A DNA stretch of 59,931 nucleotides, counting the filler. It is 7 parts of 7 records of this genome, joined end to end, with 100 filler letters (N's around TTAATTAATTAA, not from the genome) between each part and the next. Parts side by side here need not be neighbours in the genome. Positions count along the whole stretch, not along the records: positions 19,706 to 25,888 come from SRR31156797_23963; positions 25,989 to 34,907 come from SRR31156797_23964; 5 more parts are not named here. One strand, 5' to 3'. Of this stretch, positions 19,758-28,773 are shown one piece after another. The position numbers and the translations under genes were made by a program. Each line of letters opens with the position of its first letter. Positions within the stretch are counted from its first letter, which is position 1. The notes under the pieces are model-generated. The model did not search any database, was not told the DNA's origin, and saw only the letters and a list, made by a program, of their open reading frames with translations.

Positions 19758-21089
19758 ATGATTACGCCGGCCTATTGGAATCCATACCTGGAAACCATGC
19801 CCTTGGAACGATTGCGTGATCTGCAACTGAAGAAATTCAAGCGGGTTCTGACTTGGGCTTATAACAATTCCCCCTTCTACCGCGATCTTTACCAGTCTGC
19901 GAATTTTAAACCGGACGACATTGGCGCCTGGCACGATATACGCCGGGCGCCTCAAACCGACAAGGCCCGGCTCCAGGAAGCCCAAAAAATGGAGCCGTTT
20001 CCTTACGGAGGACGCCTTTGCGTCCCGCTGTCCGGGGTGGCCGAGTTCCGGCAGACGTCCGGCACAACGGGAACTCCCGTATACCAGGCCGACACCTGGC
20101 AGGATTGGGAATGGTGGTCGGAAGCCTGGTGCTATATCCTGTGGGCGCAGGGGTATCGGTCGAGCGACAGGGTTTTCATCCCCTTCGGTTATAATATTTT
20201 CGTGGCTTTCTGGGCCGGGCACTATGCGGCCGAAAAGTTGGGTTGCGAAGTTGTTCCCGGAGGCGTGCTGGATACGGCGGCCCGAATTCTCAAGATCCAG
20301 GAACTCAAAGCCACCGCCCTGATGGGCACTCCGACCTATATCCTGAATATGGCCGACGTGGCGGTCAACAGGTTGAACATTGATCCTTCAACCCTTCCGG
20401 TCGAACGCATCACATGCGCGGGCGAGCCTGGCGCGTCCATTCCCAGCACTAAAAAAAGGATGCAGGATGCCTGGGGGGCCATGGTTTTCGACCATGCCGG
20501 GGCCACGGAGATCGGCGCCTGGGGTTATGAATGCCTCGAACAGCCCGGAGGCATGCACATCAACGAAGGCATGTTTCTTGTTGAAATAGAAGATGTCATA
20601 ACCGGCGAACCAATCGAAGAGCCGGGGCAGCCGGGTAAAATGATCATCACGGCCCTGGACCGGCAGGCCCAGCCTTGTATTAGATTCGATTCCAAGGACA
20701 TTATTGAATGGGCCCCGGATCCATGCTCATGCGGCCGTTCGTTTCGTTTAATTAAGGGCGGGGTCAAAGGCCGTGTGGACGACATCACCAAGGTCAAGGG
20801 CGTGCTGCTGTCGCCCACGGCCATTGAAGATGTAGTGCGGAGTTTTCCGCAGTTGGGCGACGAATACGAAGTAGTGGTGGACCGCGTCGGCGACGTGGAC
20901 TCAATTGTCATAAAAATAGAATTAAATCCGGAAACGAGCAGCGACCAGGAAGAAGTGACGGCCAGGCTGAAAAATGAACTGCGCCTGAAGACGAATCTCG
21001 GGTACAAGGTGGAAGTGCATCCATTTGGCAGCCTGCCCCGGTACGAGGGCAAGGCCCGCCGTTTTAAGGATCTGCGCGGCGGACATTAA
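19758..21089 (+). CDS. Phenylacetate-CoA ligase (PaaK) family aryl-CoA ligase
   Basis: QTSGTTGTP P-loop, AGEPG, DHAGATE, GRVDD..KVKG, GKARR terminus. Confidence 0.9.
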   Translation: MITPAYWNPYLETMPLERLRDLQLKKFKRVLTWAYNNSPFYRDLYQSANFKPDDIGAWHDIRRAPQTDKARLQEAQKMEPFPYGGRLCVPLSGVAEFRQTSGTTGTPVYQADTWQDWEWWSEAWCYILWAQGYRSSDRVFIPFGYNIFVAFWAGHYAAEKLGCEVVPGGVLDTAARILKIQELKATALMGTPTYILNMADVAVNRLNIDPSTLPVERITCAGEPGASIPSTKKRMQDAWGAMVFDHAGATEIGAWGYECLEQPGGMHINEGMFLVEIEDVITGEPIEEPGQPGKMIITALDRQAQPCIRFDSKDIIEWAPDPCSCGRSFRLIKGGVKGRVDDITKVKGVLLSPTAIEDVVRSFPQLGDEYEVVVDRVGDVDSIVIKIELNPETSSDQEEVTARLKNELRLKTNLGYKVEVHPFGSLPRYEGKARRFKDLRGGH

Positions 21090-21115
21090 TAGGCAACCAC
21101 TCGAGGAAGGCAGAC

Positions 21116-21289
21116 ATGAGCGAACCTGATGTCGATAAAATCAAGGAACTCCTAACGGAGCTTTTAGCCGGAGTTGACATGCTTGAAAATGAGGCGGTTG
21201 ATTTTCCCGCCGTGGCTGCAAATGCAGCGCGAGTCCGGGCTGCGTTGAATATGATCCTCCTCAATCTTGGCGATTCCGTATTTGAATAG
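21116..21289 (+). CDS. Small helical hypothetical protein (57 aa), not in the ORF track
   Basis: ATG with GAGGAAGG RBS, 26 nt after the ligase stop. MSEPDVDKIKELLTELLAGVDMLENEAVDFPAVAANAARVRAALNMILLNLGDSVFE. Confidence 0.75.
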   Translation: MSEPDVDKIKELLTELLAGVDMLENEAVDFPAVAANAARVRAALNMILLNLGDSVFE

Positions 21290-21939
21290 ACGAATCTTTG
21301 TCACGGTTCCTTTTTTGGGAATTCCTGTCCAAATTTGAGGATAATGGCCTCATAGGCGCGCGCGGTTTATTTTTCTATGAGCGGAGTCTGTGATAGTCCA
21401 GCCAAAGGTTGATTGCATATTTGACTGTCGTTTCATACGTCCTTGTTTAGATTGCGCCTACATGCAAGTCTATGTAAAACCTTCATTTATACGGGGAGTT
21501 GATGTAGTTGTCCGGATGGCGACTTAGCAAGTTTATGCACTCGGGGCGGTTCGGACTTTTTAGCAGGAAAGATTAGGCTTTCTAAACCACGATCAGGAAT
21601 ATAGATTTGGTGGGTGACACAAAATATGGGATGGTGGTAACGGCAGCCAATTGTGAACGTCGAAGATGCTATGTGATACTATCGCTGTTTAAGCCTCTTA
21701 TTAAAGTGTATCACGCAAATCATAGCCTGTGGGAGTAAACTCTTATAACTCATTTTTATACTGAAAAATTAATTCGTGCTTGATGAATTGCTTTGATCTA
21801 ATTCCGGACCGGGTTTTTATAAATGTTAAAGTGAACCGGCCAGGATGCATGCTTATCTTTTTTTTGACACCGACCTAATTCATCAGTGGATTTTGAGTAA
21901 CTGACGAGGTCGGTCTGGATCACGGTAGTTGATGAAATC

Positions 21940-23805
21940 CTACCTTGGCCGGTTCAACTCTCTCCACAGGGTAGTGCGGCTTATGCCCAATTTCTGGGCA
22001 GCCAGTGTTTTATTATTACCGCATTGCTCCAATACATTAAGAATATGGCTTGTCTTTTGGCATTCAAGTTTCTCAGAATATTGTCGTTCGTTTAAATCGA
22101 TTTCATATAAGATTTCAGCAACCATCTTTTCCTCGATGACTCGATTGCAAGTTACGCATATCCTTTCAACAATATTTTGAAGTTCTCTAATATTACCTGG
22201 CCAGTGGTAATCTTTCAAGGCGTTCATGGCCCCTTTGGTGATGGAAATATTCTTGCTCAATTTTGCGGCATGAAAGCTCAAAAAATGCCGGGATAGCGGC
22301 GCAATATCCTCTTTTCTCGACTTTAACGGCGGAATGAGAAGCCTCAGTATATTAAGCCGATAGTACAAATCACTTCTAAACACTCCCAACTCAACCTGTT
22401 CTTTCAATGTTTTATTGGTTGCGACAATAATCCGGATATCTATAGGGATCACCTTGTCTGAACCGATGGGCCTGACTTCCATTTCCTGTATGACCCGGAG
22501 CAATGTGGTCTGAAAATTGAGCGAGGTTTCGCTGATTTCGTCAAGAAAGATCGTTCCGGTGTGCGCCAGGGTGAACAGTCCATCCTTGCCTCCCTGGCGA
22601 GCCCCTGTGAAAGCGCCTTCCCGGTATCCCATCAGTTCGCTTTCCAGCAAGTCCTCGTGAAGGGCTCCACAGTTCAAGGCGATGAATGGTCCACTTCGAC
22701 GGATGCCGGCATTATGTATAGCTTGGGCGAAAACCTCCTTTCCGGAGCCGCTTTCTCCCTCGATCAGAACAGTGCTGTCCACGGTTGCGTATTTTGCGGC
22801 CAATGCCGTGGTTTTTTTAATTATGGGGCTGCCGCCTAAAACATCATCAAATGTGAAATGCGCCACGTGGCCCTTCTCGGTCATTTTAAGCCTGATAATA
22901 TTTTCATATTCCCGTATTTTGGTTACATCTTCAAGGGTTTGCACCGCACCCGCGATTTCCGGGCCGACTTTTACCGGAGCCATGTTAGAAAGCGTCATGG
23001 TGCGGCCAATTTCCAGCAATCTGCCAAACTGCGGGCGGCCCGTATTGATTACTTTTTGAATGGAATTTTGAGGCAGGACTTCCGAAAGTTTTTTCCCCTG
23101 CGCGATCAATGGCGACACGCCCGTGATTTTGCCTGCGGCCTTATTGAATGTGGTTATGACTTCTTTCTGATCCACCGCGATAACGCCGTGGTTAATGTTA
23201 TCCAAAATGGCCCTGAACTGCTCGGTCTTGCGGGCCTCCCGGCGACGAACCTCCAGAAGCTTTGAGGCTTCTTCAATCGCTTTTTCAATATCATCCCTGC
23301 CCGTTTCCAAAAATAGAGTGGGTATTCCGTATTCCTTGGCCAGGGATTCAGCCATAGCTCCTCCAAGCAGCACTTTGATCGGGCGCTCGGACATCATACG
23401 AACACGCACATATTCCTCGGCATCCAATTTATTTTCAAGTTCATGGATTTCAAGATCAACATCCAGGATGCCGCCCAATTTTTCCACTCCGCGAATAATG
23501 CGGATCGAGCCAAGAACCGTAACGGTTTTACTATAGTTTTTAGCCGTATGGATAGTGTTAATGACGTTGTAGGGAGATACGGCGATATCCACCACGGGAA
23601 TGTTAAGTCCCGATTTTTCCAGCAGGTTGGTTGTGCCGCCCCGGGAGACGATAACCTGAGCGCCTTTAGCTTCAGCGTCCCTGGCGATGGGGATGGCGTC
23701 TTCAAGAAGTCCGAAGACCAATTTAATGCTGTCGTTTTTTTCAATGGTCTGAGCGGCGACTTCGTAGATTTTCATATGCGGGGCGATAATGAGGATTGGT
23801 TCCAT
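21940..23805 (-). CDS. PrpR-like sigma54-dependent activator (PrpR_N + PAS + AAA+ + Fis HTH)
   Basis: VIVSRGGT (PrpR_N), PAS, GESGSGKE, GAFTGA, FLDEI, WPGNIREL, LGISRTTLWR. Confidence 0.92.
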   Translation of the reverse strand: MEPILIIAPHMKIYEVAAQTIEKNDSIKLVFGLLEDAIPIARDAEAKGAQVIVSRGGTTNLLEKSGLNIPVVDIAVSPYNVINTIHTAKNYSKTVTVLGSIRIIRGVEKLGGILDVDLEIHELENKLDAEEYVRVRMMSERPIKVLLGGAMAESLAKEYGIPTLFLETGRDDIEKAIEEASKLLEVRRREARKTEQFRAILDNINHGVIAVDQKEVITTFNKAAGKITGVSPLIAQGKKLSEVLPQNSIQKVINTGRPQFGRLLEIGRTMTLSNMAPVKVGPEIAGAVQTLEDVTKIREYENIIRLKMTEKGHVAHFTFDDVLGGSPIIKKTTALAAKYATVDSTVLIEGESGSGKEVFAQAIHNAGIRRSGPFIALNCGALHEDLLESELMGYREGAFTGARQGGKDGLFTLAHTGTIFLDEISETSLNFQTTLLRVIQEMEVRPIGSDKVIPIDIRIIVATNKTLKEQVELGVFRSDLYYRLNILRLLIPPLKSRKEDIAPLSRHFLSFHAAKLSKNISITKGAMNALKDYHWPGNIRELQNIVERICVTCNRVIEEKMVAEILYEIDLNERQYSEKLECQKTSHILNVLEQCGNNKTLAAQKLGISRTTLWRELNRPR

Positions 23806-23842
23806 ACGGCCTCCGGCAATTTGTTCAATGTTGAATCATATT

Positions 23843-23859
23843 TGTTTCAAAATTAAACA
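23843..23859. promoter_or_regulatory. Probable enhancer (UAS) for the PrpR-like activator
   Basis: Near-perfect palindrome TGTTTCAAAATTAAACA about 90-100 nt upstream of the sigma54 site. Confidence 0.55.
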
Positions 23860-23914
23860 GTATAGTCAAGCAGAATTCGGACGCCAACAAGTTAATGCCC
23901 ATGAAACTAATCAA

Positions 23915-23927
23915 TATCAAGAGGTTA
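23915..23927 (+). promoter_or_regulatory. IHF site
   Basis: TATCAAGAGGTTA matches WATCAA-N4-TTR and lies between the UAS and the -24/-12 element. Confidence 0.6.
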
Positions 23928-23944
23928 AAGGTGTTGATCAGGTT

Positions 23945-23960
23945 TGGTATAAGACTTGCT
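23945..23960 (+). promoter_or_regulatory. Sigma54 -24/-12 promoter of tctC
   Basis: TGGTATAAGACTTGCT, with exact GG-N10-GC spacing. Confidence 0.85.
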
Positions 23961-24041
23961 ATATTTATAAAAATGTTTACGCTGCCGGTTAAAGACTAGG
24001 CCGGCCATTCAAAAACCCAAAAATCTTTCATAAGGAGGAGG

Positions 24042-25004
24042 ATGATGAAGTTGTCCATTAGGTTAATTGCGGCGGTTGCCTTGGCGACCCTGGTATTGTT
24101 CCCCTCTTTCGCCCTGGCGGAATACCCCGAAAAGCCAATCACCTATACCATCCCGTTTAATCCCGGTGGGGAATCCGATGTTACTGCCCGCCTTCAGGAA
24201 CCGAACTTGGAAAAAGAGCTGGGCGTGACCGTCAATGTCACCCACAAACCCGGCGGCGGGGGCGCCGTGGCCTGGAGTGAGTTCCAGCGGACGGCCAAGC
24301 CCGACGGCTACAGCATCATCGGCTGTAATATACCTCACATTATCGGTCAGCCCCTGCTGCGCGAGGACGCCGGTTACAAGACCGATGGTTTTAAGGTCGT
24401 TATGTGGTTCCACTTTACGCCCAACGTGCTTGTGGTCCCCAAAACAAGCAAAATTAAGACTCTCGCGGATTTTATAGAATACGCCAAAAAGAATCCAGGC
24501 GCGGCCACGGTCGGCGGCAGCGGGACCTACAGCGCCAATCATCTCGAAACCCTGCGGTTTGAAAAGGCGGCGGGCATTAAGTTGACCTATGTCCCTCACA
24601 CCGGAACAGGCCCCATTATCCCGGCGCTAATGGGCGGGCACCTGACCGCCGCCATGAGCTACTCCATGGTCGGCGTGAGCTACAAGGACAAGTTCAATAC
24701 TCTGGCCGTGGCGGCCGAGGAGCGTGTACCTGCGTTGCCGGATGTTCCCACCTTCAAGGAGCTGGGCTATGACATCGTCGGCGGGGCTTTCCGAGGTGTG
24801 GCCGCTCCCCTTGGCACGCCCCAGCCCATTGTGGATCGCTTGGCCGAAGCTTTCTCCAATACCAATAAAATAATTGCCAAAAAACAGTTGGATTTGGGCT
24901 TCGTCATGACTTACGCCTCCGGTGACGAGGCGATGGTCTTGATCGAAAAGATGAGGGAGGCTTACAGCGACGTTCTGGCAACCATTAAAGATAAGAAAAA
25001 ATAG
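24042..25004 (+). CDS. tctC: Tripartite tricarboxylate transporter substrate-binding protein (TctC/Bug)
   Basis: Signal peptide, YPEKPI..PFNPGGESD, KPGGGG, PDGY, LPDVPTFKELG. AGGAGG RBS. Confidence 0.92.
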   Translation: MMKLSIRLIAAVALATLVLFPSFALAEYPEKPITYTIPFNPGGESDVTARLQEPNLEKELGVTVNVTHKPGGGGAVAWSEFQRTAKPDGYSIIGCNIPHIIGQPLLREDAGYKTDGFKVVMWFHFTPNVLVVPKTSKIKTLADFIEYAKKNPGAATVGGSGTYSANHLETLRFEKAAGIKLTYVPHTGTGPIIPALMGGHLTAAMSYSMVGVSYKDKFNTLAVAAEERVPALPDVPTFKELGYDIVGGAFRGVAAPLGTPQPIVDRLAEAFSNTNKIIAKKQLDLGFVMTYASGDEAMVLIEKMREAYSDVLATIKDKKK

Positions 25005-25087
25005 CGTAACGGGCGACCGGGCTTTGGTTCGAGGCGGCAAGGGGCGATTATCCTTCACTCCTCGCCGCGGCCAAAAAGCCGTAATTA

Positions 25088-25888
25088 ATGGGTGAAAGGC
25101 CTCTTTTAATCATGTTGTTGGAGACTTTACTGATACTATTGGATCCGGTGATCATTTTCACGGTTTTCGCCGGGGTGTCGTCTGGATTGTTTGTGGGGGC
25201 CATGCCCGGTCTGACGGCTACTATGGCTTTGGCTGTTCTGTTGCCGTTTACTTTCAGTCTGCCGCCATTACATGGGCTTGTCGCCCTGGGGGCGGTTTAC
25301 ATGGGCGCTATTTACGGCGGCTCATTTGCGGCGATTTTAGTCAATACGCCAGGTACTCCTTCCTCCATCGCCACCGCCTTTGAAGGTTACCCCCTGGCTA
25401 AAAAGGGGCGGGCCTTGGAGGCGATTAGTGTGGCAACGGTCTCGTCCGCCATCGGCGGCTTGGCCGGTGTTTTGTTTCTTTTACTGCTTTCCCCGCCCTT
25501 GGCCAAGCTGTCATTGAAGTTCGGCCCGGCCGAATATTTCTGGGTGGCCATGCTGGGATTGACTCTCATTGCAAGTTTGTCGGAAGGATCCATCGTCAAG
25601 GGCTTGATGGGCGGATCGCTGGGCGTGTTGATAGGAACGATGGGCGTGGCCCCGATCGGCGGGGAGACCAGATTCACTTACGGCATGCCCGTTCTGCAAG
25701 GCGGCGTGGCCATGATCGTGGCCTTGATCGGGCTGTTCGTCCTGCCTGAATTATACAGCATGGCGGCAAGGGGCAGATCGGCCCTGGGCGCCGTGGCTGT
25801 TGAGGCCCAGGCCGACAGCACTTTCTGGAAAGTCGTCAGGAGAGTGCTGTCCAGGCCCGGCAACTTGATAAGATCCTGCATCATCGGC
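25088..25888 (+). CDS. tctA: Tripartite tricarboxylate transporter large permease TctA (truncated by contig end)
   Basis: GAMPGL, GAIYGGSFAAILVNTPGTP, FGPAEYF, RFTYG. Confidence 0.92.
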
Positions 25889-25988
25889 NNNNNNNNNNNN
25901 NNNNNNNNNNNNNNNNNNNNNNNNNNNNNNNNTTAATTAATTAANNNNNNNNNNNNNNNNNNNNNNNNNNNNNNNNNNNNNNNNNNNN
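25889..25988. other. Artificial contig spacer
   Basis: N-run + TTAATTAATTAA + N-run. Confidence 0.97.
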
Positions 25989-26037
25989 CAAAGTTTTACT
26001 TTTGAGACGGCCTCTTTTCTTGTACCTCAATCAATTT

Positions 26038-27315
26038 TTATTTAAGTTTTACAGGAACTTTGGTAGAAGTTGAAACTGCATTTTCAAATCCATTTTTAAA
26101 TACAGATTTTCCTTCTCCGGTTAAAATTTCAAAGTCGTCAATGTACATTGCAAATGCATCATATGATACACAACCAATGGATACTTTTACGTTTTTGCCT
26201 GCCCATGCAGAAAGGTCATATGAAAAGTTTGTCCAATCTGTAGGAACTTCCTGATAAGGATCTGGAGTTAAAATAGTTTCACTATCATCTGCATTATCAA
26301 TTACCTTCACAATTAGTCTTTCTAATCCATATGAATCAGTTCTTGATCTTGCGTATAATGAAAGCTCATATCCATCTTCAATATCAAAATTGTCAGATGT
26401 CATCCAGTCATCGTTACCGGTAGCATCAGGAACAGCAGCCATACAGAATGCAAATTTATCACCACTATTTGGTTCCCATCCTTCAGGGTCTCCACCTTCA
26501 TCTAAAATATATTGATAATCAAAGATCATAAATGATGCAGGATTACCTGCTCCAGGATAATCAAATGCACTTACAGTATAATTTGAATTTCCATCATTAT
26601 CCTCCAATGTCCAGGGAGCAAAATCTGTTGACCATGAATCATATTCTTCAAAATCCCATGCACGCTTCACAATCACATACAATACATGAGATGTTTCAAG
26701 TGTTCCATTAGCATTTGAGAATGTCCAAGTATACGTTAAGGTATCATTTAGCATTGCGTTTGTAAGAGCAACAGGAATTGAATCATTTGTTAAATTAAAT
26801 GGACCTGCAAGCTCAACTGCTGCTTCTGAGTTACGTTGCTCAGTAATCACAAGTGATGTTGGAGCAGTACAATCGTCAGCAATCGAATACTTAATGTATA
26901 AAGTAGTATCTTCTGCTGGATAGAAATCAGAAGGACCATCAACAGTTAAAGGATCCTCAACTTTAATAGTTACAAACTTAGCTGAAGGACCTCCATCACC
27001 AGAAGTTGCGAATTTTACCTCAACACTTTCCCCGGTTAAAGGAGTACCTAAATCAGCCTGGGTAAAGGTATAGTTTGCTACATCGCCATCAGCAGTTAAT
27101 GTAGTAAAAACAACTCCATCAATGCTTACTTCGTAAACACGATTAGGAAGCGATGCTTCAATAGTTCCACTCACGCCAGGATCAAGAATATAATAGTCGG
27201 TATCACTTACATATATAGCTACACCGGTATAAAAATCATCTTCTTCTTCCTCACATGCGACAAATAGCACTGCGAGAGCGAATAAGCTTATTAATATTGC
27301 GAGTATTTTTTTCAT
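26038..27315 (-). CDS. Surface lipoprotein with C-terminal cleaved-adhesin (choice-of-anchor J-like) domain
   Basis: Lipobox FVAC followed by acidic EEEEDD (Bacteroidota surface-export signal). C-terminal WTLEDNDG..NDDWMTS..WTNFSYDLSAWAGKNV..IDD. Confidence 0.75.
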   Translation of the reverse strand: MKKILAILISLFALAVLFVACEEEEDDFYTGVAIYVSDTDYYILDPGVSGTIEASLPNRVYEVSIDGVVFTTLTADGDVANYTFTQADLGTPLTGESVEVKFATSGDGGPSAKFVTIKVEDPLTVDGPSDFYPAEDTTLYIKYSIADDCTAPTSLVITEQRNSEAAVELAGPFNLTNDSIPVALTNAMLNDTLTYTWTFSNANGTLETSHVLYVIVKRAWDFEEYDSWSTDFAPWTLEDNDGNSNYTVSAFDYPGAGNPASFMIFDYQYILDEGGDPEGWEPNSGDKFAFCMAAVPDATGNDDWMTSDNFDIEDGYELSLYARSRTDSYGLERLIVKVIDNADDSETILTPDPYQEVPTDWTNFSYDLSAWAGKNVKVSIGCVSYDAFAMYIDDFEILTGEGKSVFKNGFENAVSTSTKVPVKLK

Positions 27316-27330
27316 TTTTTATAAGATTTT

Positions 27331-28755
27331 TTAGTTTACACCAGTTCTTGTATCCCACCACATTTGTGCTCCCCAAAACTTATCAACAACCACACTACTA
27401 AAAGGCTCTAGATTAGCGGAGTTTAGCTGTGTTTCAAGTGAAGGATATGCGAAACGGAATGGAGGACGGTTGTGATCCGGGAATCTTGCTCCTGGAGCAA
27501 CACCCATCACAGGCACATCAGTTCTGCGGCATTCTGCCCAAGCCTCATGACCTTGCTTAAATAAAGCCACCCATTTTTGATAATAAAGGTCATCAGTACT
27601 TACTGAGAAACCGGAAGCAAATGTAGCACCATCTGCAGCATCCAGACCATTCTCTTCGAACGATGCCACAATAGCAGCTTCAAATGCCGCTTGATTACTA
27701 TTAGCTTCAGCTTCGATAAACTTCACTTCAGCATAACGCATAAATGGTGTATGACCTTCTACATTATTTCTATAAAATTCTCCAATTCTACTATATTGTC
27801 CAATTGTACCTAAGTTTTCATCATCAACACCAGGAACAACACCTCTATATGCACCATCACTGGCAGCAGGCTCAGCATAAACTGCAATACGAGGATCAGC
27901 AGTAGACAACATGTAATCCACTAAATAACTACCTACAGCATGATCATCACGTGTTTCAGCATCTTCTGCCCAAGGCTCTTTATAAGGGGCAGCTCCAGGC
28001 CAGTATAAGAATGCATTATCATCGTTACTTGTCATCACAGGATAAGTAGCAGGATCAGCTAATATCTCTGTTCTAACGGTTGCAGCATCAGTACTTACAG
28101 CTGCAGCACGGTTAGCCATTCTAAGACGAACAGAATTAGCAAATTTTTGCCATTTTGTAGCATCTCCATTAAATAGAATATCTCCATCACCTAATGCAGT
28201 AAGTTCTCCAAGTGCAAATAGATTATTAGCTTTATCCAAACTATCCATTAAAGCAAGATATATAGTTTCCTGCTCATCATAACCAGGACTTGTATTTCCT
28301 GATAAACCTTTTATGGCTTCTGTAAAAGGCATGGCTCCCCAACTATCTGTTCCTATATGGAATACAAATGATTGGAAAGTTAATGCTGCTGCCTCAAGGT
28401 TTTTATTACCTTCTGATCTGGCAAACATCTTAGCCATTTCAAGATCTAATGCAACTCTATATAAATCGCGCCAGTTATCATCAATCACAGACTCTCTTTC
28501 ATAATAGCGAGCTTCGTCAATGTACTGAATTTTACCAAGGTGACCAGCATAAGTAGACACATTATTCATATTGAACCATGCATCATAATACGCATCACCA
28601 AAGTAGCGGATCGACTGCGCCAACAAGTTTGTGGCTGGTACAACTGTCGGGTTGTTAGGATCGGTATTCAACTCCTCCCAATCATCCGTACATGCGGTTG
28701 TCAAGAGTAATCCGACAATTGTTATACTTAGTATGTTTTGAAATATCTTTTTCAT
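27331..28755 (-). CDS. SusD/RagB family lipoprotein
   Basis: Lipobox TTAC, NTDPNNP, GDILFNGD..KWQKFANS.RLR, DPR, QKWVAL, EAWAE.RR. Directly follows the SusC gene. Confidence 0.92.
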   Translation of the reverse strand: MKKIFQNILSITIVGLLLTTACTDDWEELNTDPNNPTVVPATNLLAQSIRYFGDAYYDAWFNMNNVSTYAGHLGKIQYIDEARYYERESVIDDNWRDLYRVALDLEMAKMFARSEGNKNLEAAALTFQSFVFHIGTDSWGAMPFTEAIKGLSGNTSPGYDEQETIYLALMDSLDKANNLFALGELTALGDGDILFNGDATKWQKFANSVRLRMANRAAAVSTDAATVRTEILADPATYPVMTSNDDNAFLYWPGAAPYKEPWAEDAETRDDHAVGSYLVDYMLSTADPRIAVYAEPAASDGAYRGVVPGVDDENLGTIGQYSRIGEFYRNNVEGHTPFMRYAEVKFIEAEANSNQAAFEAAIVASFEENGLDAADGATFASGFSVSTDDLYYQKWVALFKQGHEAWAECRRTDVPVMGVAPGARFPDHNRPPFRFAYPSLETQLNSANLEPFSSVVVDKFWGAQMWWDTRTGVN

Positions 28756-28773
28756 ATTAAAAAATATTAATTT

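Noticed and set aside
21869-21940. CTGACGA/CTGATGA hammerhead-like cores
   Set aside because: No correctly placed stem II and GAAA; the two motifs simply pair with each other.
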